A stretch of DNA of 15,669 nt from Candidatus Moanibacter sp. (lineage in GTDB: Bacteria; Verrucomicrobiota; Verrucomicrobiia; Opitutales; UBA2987), in NCBI GenBank assembly GCA_965215885.1, contig CBDCEW010000053.1, positions 1-15,669 on the forward strand. The letters run 5' to 3'. A model generated the notes under the pieces. That model worked only from the letters and a program-made list of their open reading frames with translations, had not been told where the DNA came from and searched no databases. Position numbers and translations under genes: made by a program. Positions 6,607 to 14,935 of the stretch are shown piece by piece. Position 1 is the stretch's first letter. Each line of letters starts with the position of its first letter.

Positions 6607-8277
6607 ATGCTCCAGTACCTTAGAATCAAGAATCTGGCGCTCATGGACGAAGTTGCCCTCGAGTTTGAGGAGGGCTTTACTGCGGTAACGGGTGAGACGG
6701 GAGCGGGGAAGAGCGTCTTATTGGGGGCGCTGAGCATTCTATCCGGGGCGCGCGTGGATAAGACAATCATCCGAAGTGGCGCTGAGGCATGTGAGGTGGA
6801 GGCTGGCCTCTATTTCAGTGAGACGACCGCTTTGGATGAGAGACTGGAGTCGCTCGAGTTGCCACTCTGTGAAGGGGGAAGTCTGATCTTACGCCGCATC
6901 TTTTCGAAGCGAAAAATGCCGAAGATTCAGATTAACGGTGTGCTGACGACACTGGCGAATTTGCGAGCGATTGGAGAATGGTGGATCGATTTTCACGGTT
7001 CAGGTGAGCCGCAGAAGCTCTTTCGGGAGAAGTGGCAGAGAAGGCTGTTGGATTCCTATGCAAGGGTAGGAGAGGGGATCCGCGAGTACCGGGAATTATA
7101 TCGCGGATGGCGAGAACTGCACCGTCAGATCGAAGAACTGAAAGGGGAAGAGAGGCTTTCGCCCGATGAGATAGAGTTTCTTCGAAAACAGGTAGAGGCG
7201 ATTGACCGTGCGGAACTCAGTGGTGAAGTGGTAGAGGCTTTAGAAAGCGATTTTAACCGCCTTAATCACGCTCAGGAATTAGTAGAATTGGCTTCGCACC
7301 TGGAGAGTTTGCTGGCGGGTGAGGAAGGTGTTGCGGGAAAGCTTGGAGGAGCGCTCCAGGAAGGGAGAAAACTGGCTGAGATTGAGAAAGGCGCGGTGGG
7401 GCTGAGCGATCGCCTGGAGTCGGCTATTATCGAGTTGGAGGACATTGCGGAGGAGTATTCGTCGATCGTGCGCAGAGGTGAGTTCGATGAGGCAACCGCT
7501 CGTTCTCTCGAGGAGCGCATGAATAGATGGCTGGAGCTTAAACGGAAATACGGTCCCGATGTGCAGAGTGTCCTGGAGGCACGGGAACGACTCGCACAGA
7601 GAGTCTCGGCTCAGAGCGACGTTGAGGGAACAATCAGAAAACTCGAGCGTGAGGGCGACGAGCTGGAGGACAAACTGCAAAGACTGGCTGAGGATTTGCG
7701 AAAGAGGCGTCAGACAGCCGCGGCGGGCCTGGCGAGGAAGGCTAAGGAGTTGATCAATCTCCTCGGTTTCAAACAGGCGGACTTTCGCATCGAAGTGTTT
7801 CGAGAGGCGGAGCTTAAGGAGCACGGCATGAGCAGCTGTCGCTTTCTCTTCCTACCAAACGCAGGTCAGGAATTGCTGCCTCTCAACAAGATTGCCTCGA
7901 GCGGGGAAGTTGCGCGAGTGATGCTGGCACTTAAGACGGTCCTCGCGCAAGTGGACGAAACTCCGGTCCTCGTGTTTGACGAAGTCGATGCCAATATCGG
8001 GGGTGAAATTGCCGGGATTGTAGGAGAGAGTCTGTCGGATCTGGGGCGACAGCATCAGGTCTTTAGTGTGACTCATCTTCCGCAGGTTGCGTCGAAGGCA
8101 AGGAACCATTTTGTGGTGGAAAAGAAGGAGAGCGCCGATGAAGTCGCTGTTACGATTGAGTCCATCAGCGAGGAGCGAAAGAAGCGCGTGGTGGAGATTG
8201 CGCGCATGGTTGGCGATCGCTCATCTACCTCGGCGCTTCAGCATGCCGAGGAATTGCTAGGAATCTGTCGGACTTAG
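6607..8277 (+). CDS. recN: DNA repair protein RecN
   Basis: 556 aa with MLQYLRIKNLAL, Walker A TGETGAGKS, a central coiled coil with LKRKYG, signature ASSGEVARVMLALK, Walker B/D-loop LVFDEVDANIGG, THLPQVA and EIARM. Confidence 0.97.
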   Translation: MLQYLRIKNLALMDEVALEFEEGFTAVTGETGAGKSVLLGALSILSGARVDKTIIRSGAEACEVEAGLYFSETTALDERLESLELPLCEGGSLILRRIFSKRKMPKIQINGVLTTLANLRAIGEWWIDFHGSGEPQKLFREKWQRRLLDSYARVGEGIREYRELYRGWRELHRQIEELKGEERLSPDEIEFLRKQVEAIDRAELSGEVVEALESDFNRLNHAQELVELASHLESLLAGEEGVAGKLGGALQEGRKLAEIEKGAVGLSDRLESAIIELEDIAEEYSSIVRRGEFDEATARSLEERMNRWLELKRKYGPDVQSVLEARERLAQRVSAQSDVEGTIRKLEREGDELEDKLQRLAEDLRKRRQTAAAGLARKAKELINLLGFKQADFRIEVFREAELKEHGMSSCRFLFLPNAGQELLPLNKIASSGEVARVMLALKTVLAQVDETPVLVFDEVDANIGGEIAGIVGESLSDLGRQHQVFSVTHLPQVASKARNHFVVEKKESADEVAVTIESISEERKKRVVEIARMVGDRSSTSALQHAEELLGICRT

Positions 8278-8358
8278 CGTTGCGAATTTGCGGTGCGCTC
8301 GGATTAACTGGGGTTATTCGTGGATCGCGGCCTGATCCTCCACCGACATTTTCCTAAT

Positions 8359-8379
8359 CGCTCTGCCGGGAGCAGAGCG
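8359..8379. terminator. GC-rich hairpin between convergent recN and HDOD genes
   Basis: CGCTCTGC-CGGGA-GCAGAGCG forms an 8-bp perfect stem. There is no adjacent U-tract, so a terminator role is uncertain. Confidence 0.35.
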
Positions 8380-8453
8380 GGGACTCCATTGAAAAGGTCC
8401 ATCGGTTTGCTCCAGTCTGCTTTATGCCAATTTCGCTCTCTGTTTCCTGCCGG

Positions 8454-9401
8454 TCAGACCATTGAGACGAGAGCGCTTATCTCAAACAATCTCTCATTGG
8501 CCTTTTCAGCACAAGATAGGAGAGTGCTTTCCGTAAGATCGAGGATATCGATGATCTCAGGATCGTATTGATCACAAGTGGTCGCTATGGAGTAATCAGA
8601 CCCTCGATTAGATAGAGCTGAGTTCGTAAGATTGAGCATGCTTGCGAATGGATTGGGAAATGGTGATGCCAGGGGCTTGATCTGAAATAGGATGGCCATA
8701 CAGATTTCCAGGGAAAATTTCCACTTTCTGAGAAGAGCTGAGCCGACTTCGGCATAGTGAAAACCGAGAATCCGCTCTTCAATCTCGTGCGCAGGATCTC
8801 TAATCCGTTTAATCGCTTCGGGTTTAATTCCCCGAAGCTTGCTTCGTTTCTAATTCATAAATCTAATATCAAATGCCTCTGGGCTTGCCCCGAGGAACTG
8901 GTCTTGACATTCTGTATCTTTGGCCACGATGCGATCGATTGGGATTTTGCCAAGATTGTGAACAAGCCCCGTGGTATAGGCGGTGTCCGAATCTTCACCA
9001 AGCTCATTCGCGAGGCCCTCCATCATGGTCGCTGTAAGTATCGAATGCTCCCAGAGCTCCCCTTGCTTCAATTTGTATACCGGAAGTGCCTTTCCGAGGA
9101 TCTCCTTGACTACGATCATGCTTACGGTGCGGTAGATTTTAGAGTATCCGAGTCGGCTGATTGCTTCATGGATATTTCTGCTCTGGGTCGGCGAACCAAA
9201 ATACGCGCTGTTCCGTATCCTGATAATCTCAGCGGTAAGAGACGCATCCACTTTGATTAGGGCGGCAATCTCCTCGACACCGGATTCTTCGTCACGGAGA
9301 ACCTTCTGAAGTTTCGGAAGTATCATTGCTGTTGGGGGGAGGTAATCGATACTGGCGATGACAGTGTCCAGTTCCATACTGTCAAATATCGGTGGTTTCA
9401 C
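8454..9401 (-). pseudogene. Stand-alone HDOD-domain signalling protein interrupted by an in-frame insertion carrying a TAG
   Basis: The N-part reads LPP..ILPKL..IKVDASLTAEIIRIRNSAYFG..EAISRLG..LWEHSI..AYTTGLVHNLGKI. After TAG 8850-8852 the same frame continues EERILGFHYAEVGSALLRKWKFSLEICMAI and joins the listed 8454..8699 ORF. Confidence 0.9.
8808..8900. mobile_element. ~90-bp non-autonomous two-hairpin insertion (IS200/IS605- or REP-like miniature element)
   Basis: Hairpins CGAAG-CTTG-CTTCG (8833-8846) and CCTCTGGG-CTTG-CCCCGAGG (8876-8895) share a CTTG loop and flank an AT-rich core. An alternative stem GCTTCGGG/CCCGAAGC spans 8815-8838. The segment sits inside HDOD homology. Ends are approximate. 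Confidence 0.75.
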
Positions 9402-9557
9402 GATTTAGCTTACGATAATTTCATCGCTTTGGCGCAGCGAGATGGCAATCAAACCACCTTGACAGCTCCTTACGCGCTCTTCAGCTTCCAGTTCAGCCAA
9501 CAAGGACCCTCCAACCAGATCCTGATATTGGACTCGGACGATGTGAACCTTGACGCC

Positions 9558-10715
9558 ATGCCGGAATTGGAAGCGCTCGATTACACGAAGAAGCTCGTCT
9601 CATTTGACTCGACCAGCAGCCTTTCCAACACGCCGGTCACCGATTACGTCGACCAGGTTCTGCAAGAGCTGGAATTCGAGACCGAGCGCGTGGAGTATAC
9701 CGATCCGGATGGAGTAGCAAAGTCCAACGTTATCGGCAAGAAAGGGTCCGGTAGTGGAGGCCTCGCCTACTTCGGCCACACCGATGTCGTGCCCGCGGAT
9801 GACTGGTCTTCGGACTTGCACGGCCCCTTTGAGCCGACCGTTGTCGAGGATAGACTCTACGGACGAGGAAGCTGCGACATGAAGGGGTCGGTCTCGTGCA
9901 TGCTTGCCGCGGCGGAGCGTTTTTCCGCGAGCGAACTTGCACACCCGGTGTATATTACCTGCACCGCGGACGAGGAGGTGGGATACGGCGGTGCGGAGGA
10001 AGTGGCGCGGCGATCTCAACACTATCGGGAGATGGTGGCCGGGGAGTCGCACGGGGTAGTGGGTGAGCCTACGCGCCTTGAGGTTGTTTACGGGCACAAG
10101 GGCACCTACGGTTTCCAGGCCGTCTCTCACGGTCGGGCCGCGCATTCGAGCACCCGTGAAGGGATCAATGCCAATCTGGCGATGATCCCATTCCTTTCCG
10201 AGATGAAAGCCATTCATGACGAAGTTGAAGAGAATAGGGTCTGGCACCATCAGGAATTTGACCCGCCGACGGTCAGCTGGAACATCGGGATAAACGATCA
10301 TACGCGGGCCGTCAATATTACGCCGCCGCAGAGCGTCTGCACGGTCTATTTTCGACCCACTCCCGGTATTGACGCTGATGCGCTGTTGGAACGAGCGGCA
10401 CAGGCGGCTCAGCAGTGCGGCGTTGATTTCGAGGTGAAGCGGGCGGCTCCTCCCTTCTACCTCGATCGGGAATCAGAATATCTCAAAGAGATACAGGCTG
10501 TCGCTCAAAGGGAGAATATGGAGACAGTCAGTTATGGGACGGACGCCTGCATGTTGAGGGAGATGAAACACCTGGTTGTGATCGGGCCCGGGGACATAGC
10601 CCAGGCACACACGGCCGACGAGTGGGTCGAGCTGGAGCAACTTCGACTTGGCACCGAGCTGTATACGAGATTGATCAAACGCTGGTGCATCGAACGGAAA
10701 TCCACCCAATCTTAA
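9558..10715 (+). CDS. argE: M20A family metallohydrolase, acetylornithine deacetylase (ArgE)-like
   Basis: GHTDVVP, LYGRGSCDMKG, TADEEVG, VGEPT, GRAAHSS and GPGDIAQAHTADE are all present. The likely start is ATG 9558 (MPELEALDYTKKLVSFDS) rather than 9429. Substrate is inferred. Confidence 0.85.
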   Translation: MPELEALDYTKKLVSFDSTSSLSNTPVTDYVDQVLQELEFETERVEYTDPDGVAKSNVIGKKGSGSGGLAYFGHTDVVPADDWSSDLHGPFEPTVVEDRLYGRGSCDMKGSVSCMLAAAERFSASELAHPVYITCTADEEVGYGGAEEVARRSQHYREMVAGESHGVVGEPTRLEVVYGHKGTYGFQAVSHGRAAHSSTREGINANLAMIPFLSEMKAIHDEVEENRVWHHQEFDPPTVSWNIGINDHTRAVNITPPQSVCTVYFRPTPGIDADALLERAAQAAQQCGVDFEVKRAAPPFYLDRESEYLKEIQAVAQRENMETVSYGTDACMLREMKHLVVIGPGDIAQAHTADEWVELEQLRLGTELYTRLIKRWCIERKSTQS

Positions 10716-10740
10716 CCGTAATCGAAAATCGAATGCTCAG

Positions 10741-11835
10741 AGATCTTTCGTCGTGCTCGTAATCGTTCTCGTTCTCGAAGAGTGGTGCCCGCTAAAGACG
10801 CGAAAAAGCGCGAAAGCGGGATTGGGAATGAAGGCGTGAAAATGGAGAGACATGGGGACGCGGGAAGACATAGGGAGAGAGGGTGACGCGGAGACGGGGA
10901 GAGCGGGAACTCGTTAGTTCTTCCCGTCGTGATCATAATCGTAATCTAAAATCGAAAGAAGAGAAGTGAGCCTGGAGATTACGATTGAGAGTTACGATGG
11001 GGGAGGAGGATATCGTTTCAGTCTTTTCGTCGTGAATCATATTCGTGATCTAGAGTCGACAAGGTTCGGGACGTGGTTCGCGACCCGTCGTCGTTGCGCT
11101 TTGCCGAGGCATGCAAGGTTTCCCTTTCGGGTGGTTCGGCAAAGAAGGAAATCAGAGGAGAAGCTCGACGCAGCTCTGTTCGATCCGAGATTTCCTAATC
11201 GAAAATCGAAGGGAGAAAAGATCGACGATAGATCACGATTGAGAGTCACGATGGGGGAGGAGGATACCGTTTCGGTCTTTTCGTCGTGAATCATATTCGT
11301 GATCTAGAGTCGACAAGGTTCGGGACGAGTTTCGCGACCCGTCGTCGTTGCGCTTTGCCGAGGCATGCAAGGTTTCCCTTTCGGGTGGTCCGGCAAAGAA
11401 GGAAATCAGAGGAGAAGCTCGACGCAGCTCTGTTCGATCTTTCCTAATCGAAATTCGTTGTCATAATCGTAATCGAAAATCGAAGGGAGAAAAGATCGAC
11501 GATAGATCACGATTGAGAGGCACGATGGGGGAGGGGGCAACCTATTAGATCTTTCGTCGTGCTCGTAATCGTTCTCGTTCTCGAAGAGTGGTGCCCGCTA
11601 AAGACGCGAAAAAGCGCGAAAGCGGGATTGGGAATGAAGGCGTGAAAATGGAGAGACATGGGGACGCCGGTAGACATAGGGAGAGAGGGTGACGCGGAGA
11701 CCGGGAGAGCGGGAACTCGTTGGATCTTCCCGTCGTGATCATAATCCATTCGGCAGGCTCATGGCAGGCTGTGATCTAAAATCGAAAGAAGAGAAGATCG
11801 ACTGGAGATCACGATTGAGAGTCACGATGGGGGAG
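10741..11835. repeat. Intergenic A-B-B'-A' array of 254-300-bp units sharing a 30-bp terminal motif
   Basis: A spans 10741-11005, B 11006-11259, B' 11260-11533 and A' 11547-11835. The motif AGAT(T/C)ACGATTGAGAG(T/G)(T/C)ACGATGGGGGAG starts at 10976, 11230, 11504 and 11806. Confidence 0.95.
11747..11770. mobile_element. 24-bp micro-insertion CATTCGGCAGGCTCATGGCAGGCT
   Basis: Present in A' between ATAATC and GTGATCT and absent at the equivalent site in A (10940/10941). The A-to-A' offset shifts from 806 to 830 across it. Confidence 0.85.
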
Positions 11836-11867
11836 AGGGGAACCCGATGAAGACTTCCCGTCGGGAT

Positions 11868-13718
11868 CTATATTCGACCAAGGGCCTGGGGGCTGCGCCA
11901 ATATTGTCGGGGTAAGCTACCGAGGAGGATGAGGAGAATCTGGCTACCGACAAAGCTCATGAGCCAGAAGAAGGCGCTGTCCATAAAGCCGTAGGAGTGA
12001 AGGCCGATTCCGAGCATGTTAGTGCCGAACCAGGACCAGCTTGTGATGATATTACCACCGATAGCGAGGACCATAAACCCCTGTCGCTGGACCAGGCGTC
12101 CCCATCTGGCGTGGAGGATGAGGGCGTTCCAAATCACGATCATAAGAGCGCCGTTTTCTTTTGGATCCCAGCCCCAGAATCGTCCCCATGATTGATCGGC
12201 CCAGATCCCGCCCAGGATGGTGCCGACAAAGCTGAAAAGCAGAGCGAAGCAGACAGTGCCGTAGGTCATCCGAACAAGAGCTTCCGCGGTTTGATCATCG
12301 AGCCCCCTTGTGAGGAGGCCGCGAAAGAGAAAGATGAGGGCCATGAAACCGGCCAGAAAAGTGCCTGCGTAGCCGAGATTTATGATGACAACATGAGTTG
12401 CGAGCCAGAAATTGTCGTCGAGGACGGCGCGCATCATCTCCAGGGTGTCTCCTGTTGCACTCAGATTGTGAGCGATAATGAGGGTGCAGAAACCAATCAT
12501 GCCGGCCACTGCGCAACCGATGCCGTTACGGTATAGCCGTTCCACAATGGCGCTGAGGATTACCGCGCCCCAACCGACGAATACGGCCGAGGAGTAGAGG
12601 TTCGTTACGGGCGGACGCCCCTGAATATACATCCGAGCGATGAGGCCGAAGCTGTGGATAGCCAGGGTGAGGAGGAGCAACCAGAAAGCGGAGCGACCGA
12701 AGGACTGAGGCGATAGGAGCCAGGAGGCACAAGCCAATAGAAATAGGAGTAGGTAGAGTTCGCTGCTGAGAAGAAATGGTTGGAAAGCGTTAAAGAAACG
12801 CTCAAAGCGAATGCGATTGCGGCCGCCGGGATAACGCTCGCCGATCATTTCTTTGAGTTCGCCAAGAATTTCATTGAATCGCACATATTCATCATGCCGG
12901 TAGGAGTCGACCAGTCGGGCGTATCCGAATACAATCTGATCGATGCTGTGGTTTGTGAAGGTGGTTGAAACGATACTGGTTCCAATGTCTTTCCAGTCTT
13001 CGGGAGGGGCAAAGGGATTAGTGGGAGGAACGACGCGCATGGCGGCGTTTTGGGAGAGTCTCTGGTAACGCTGGGCAAACGCCATAAACCGATTAAAAGT
13101 CTCTTCATCGAACTCCTCGCCGGCTTGCTGCTTGTTGAACGCTTCGATCGATTGAGAGATGATACTCTGGTATAAGATATACTCCTCTTCGACACGATGG
13201 GCCGTGTCGGGAGGGAAGAGGCTATGAATGAGTTGGTGGTATTCGATGAGTGAGCTACGCAGTTTGATGAGGCTGCGCTCATAGGGCGTACGTAGCGGTG
13301 CTTCGGGATTAACGTGGCGGGAATGTTCCTCAATCTCCTCGAGGTGCGGGGAAAGTTCGCTGAAAGCGTAGTAGAATTCGTCCTTTTGCGGAAGCCCAAA
13401 GGAGCTGAGCAATTCCGGATTCGTTATTCTAAAGACCGGATAAGTGTCCGCCGCCTCGGGCTTCATAGTGACGTCCATGAGCCACTCGATGGCAGATTTC
13501 TTCTCGCCTGAAGCCGTGCGAAAACTCTGTCTTCCCCTTAGTAGAACGAGAGAGTTTCGCGCGATGCTGTCCATCGGTTTGAGGCGCCCCCCCTTGAGGG
13601 CGGGAAGGGTGGCGAATTCCGCCACGCTGAAAGGGCTCTTGTATCGATGGGGGAGAAGACCCTTGATAATAAGGAGCGATCCGACGATGAGAGCGAAAAA
13701 GGGTAAAATCCTCTTCAT
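11868..13718 (-). CDS. ccsA: Cytochrome c biogenesis System II protein CcsA/ResC with a large N-terminal extracytoplasmic domain
   Basis: WWD motif WADQSWGRFWGWDPKE, plus RPPVTNLY, WLATHV, LILHAR and GLHSYG. The likely start is ATG 13718 (MKRILPFF), overlapping the resB stop as ATGA. Confidence 0.95.
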   Translation of the reverse strand: MKRILPFFALIVGSLLIIKGLLPHRYKSPFSVAEFATLPALKGGRLKPMDSIARNSLVLLRGRQSFRTASGEKKSAIEWLMDVTMKPEAADTYPVFRITNPELLSSFGLPQKDEFYYAFSELSPHLEEIEEHSRHVNPEAPLRTPYERSLIKLRSSLIEYHQLIHSLFPPDTAHRVEEEYILYQSIISQSIEAFNKQQAGEEFDEETFNRFMAFAQRYQRLSQNAAMRVVPPTNPFAPPEDWKDIGTSIVSTTFTNHSIDQIVFGYARLVDSYRHDEYVRFNEILGELKEMIGERYPGGRNRIRFERFFNAFQPFLLSSELYLLLFLLACASWLLSPQSFGRSAFWLLLLTLAIHSFGLIARMYIQGRPPVTNLYSSAVFVGWGAVILSAIVERLYRNGIGCAVAGMIGFCTLIIAHNLSATGDTLEMMRAVLDDNFWLATHVVIINLGYAGTFLAGFMALIFLFRGLLTRGLDDQTAEALVRMTYGTVCFALLFSFVGTILGGIWADQSWGRFWGWDPKENGALMIVIWNALILHARWGRLVQRQGFMVLAIGGNIITSWSWFGTNMLGIGLHSYGFMDSAFFWLMSFVGSQILLILLGSLPRQYWRSPQALGRI

Positions 13719-14905
13719 TCCTGGTATTGGCGTTGCCGGGATTTGACGAATCGGACAAGATGAAATCCGAACTGCACGAGAAGGCCTGCTGAGACGAGGA
13801 CAACAGAAATGTAGGGTATAAGCCAACCCGGATTTCTAACTACCTGAAAAACAGTTGTGGTATCGTTGTTGGCAAAGGAATATTGGAAGAATGCGAGCCC
13901 TTCGTAGCGAAGCGGGTTGTTCATGTAGATCAAAGTCTGGCGATCGACCCCGGTGTCCTGGTTCTTGATCCGGACGAGGCTCGAGTAATTCTTGGGAATG
14001 TCGGTACCGGGATAGAGGTCGTGGGAGAAATCGATCAATTCGATGCGATAGGGAAGGTAAGACCGCTTAAATCGAAGAGCGATCTCGTAGTCACGCCCAC
14101 CGTAGGTGAGGAGTTGTGGTGGCGTCTCCTCGTCAAAAGCTGTTGAGACGAGCCATGTGCCGACCGCCTCATCGCCGTCGCGGAGTGTTAGGATGGCACT
14201 GGATCTGTTTCGCTCGTCCTGCTTGTAGGTCTTGGGCAATTCAGTCACGACGAGGTCCATTTCTTTTCCCAGTCCACGGTTTACACGGGAGGGTTTCGCA
14301 TTGGGCACATTGCTCCTGCGAAAAATTCTTGAGTTTGGATAGAACGCCTCGACATCAATACTTAGTGGGATTTTGGGATGTTGAAGGGTAGGCGTGTCTT
14401 CGATGAAAGGAGTAGGGATGCTCAAGACGTAGTCTTTCTCGGAATCGGAATGTTCGATGATAACAAGCTCGTCTGTGCGGAAGCTCTCTGTGTAGTTGGC
14501 GCTTCTCCCTTCATCGATGGTCATATAGCTCTCTTCCTGAAGCAGATTAGTCAGGAGCTGACTCACTAGAAGGAGAACGACGCCGGTGTGGATCAGCGCG
14601 ATACCTGCCTTCCTCCAAGTCCGGCGGAAGTATTTGAAATGCGCCAGAGTGAGATTGACGACGAGGAGAGGTCCAATGAGATATCCCCCGGGAATGGGAA
14701 GGCGGAGCCAATCTAAGAAGCCGCCCAATGGCCACTGTGGGGGATATTGCCAGACCCCGATGAAGTGTTCGAAGTACTTCTCCTGTGCACCGTAAATGCC
14801 GATATTCACCTGATCCAGGGTACCGAAAAAGATCAATACGATGGAGAGGGCTAAAAGCGCAACCGTCAGGCGGAGCGAACTCAGTATCTCTTTGAGGCGA
14901 TTCAA
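13715..14905 (-). CDS. resB: Cytochrome c biogenesis System II protein ResB/CcsB (Ccs1) family
   Basis: LSSLRLTVALL..LIFFGT, GIALIHTG (conserved TM His), ELIDF..YPGTDIPKNYSS, IYMNNPLRYEG..FFQ, NPG plus a C-terminal TM helix. It is translationally coupled to ccsA and has a TTG start. Confidence 0.92.
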   Translation of the reverse strand: MNRLKEILSSLRLTVALLALSIVLIFFGTLDQVNIGIYGAQEKYFEHFIGVWQYPPQWPLGGFLDWLRLPIPGGYLIGPLLVVNLTLAHFKYFRRTWRKAGIALIHTGVVLLLVSQLLTNLLQEESYMTIDEGRSANYTESFRTDELVIIEHSDSEKDYVLSIPTPFIEDTPTLQHPKIPLSIDVEAFYPNSRIFRRSNVPNAKPSRVNRGLGKEMDLVVTELPKTYKQDERNRSSAILTLRDGDEAVGTWLVSTAFDEETPPQLLTYGGRDYEIALRFKRSYLPYRIELIDFSHDLYPGTDIPKNYSSLVRIKNQDTGVDRQTLIYMNNPLRYEGLAFFQYSFANNDTTTVFQVVRNPGWLIPYISVVLVSAGLLVQFGFHLVRFVKSRQRQYQE

Positions 14906-14935
14906 TGCTGCCTTGGTTTGTTGGATAGCCCGCTA

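Noticed and set aside
8850..8852. TAG recoding (pyrrolysine or alternative code) in the HDOD gene and at 1247-1249
   Set aside because: TAG terminates recN and ccsA at plausible positions, and the HDOD TAG lies in the inserted segment.
8757..10301. ORFs 8757..9260 (+) and 9600..10301 (-)
   Set aside because: Antisense to the well-supported HDOD and ArgE-like genes.
10712..11749. ORFs within the array (10712..10936, 10966..11289, 11037..11294, 11348..11548, 11507..11749, 11545..11742)
   Set aside because: Low-complexity translations of repeats; indels between copies change frames and ends.
10976..11835. CRISPR array (30-bp motif repeated four times)
   Set aside because: Intervening sequences are over 220 bp and partly duplicated rather than unique, and no cas genes or leader are visible.
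10711..11868. Classical integron attC sites
   Set aside because: The hairpins are not bounded by consistent RYYYAAC/GTTRRRY boxes and no integron integrase is in the window.
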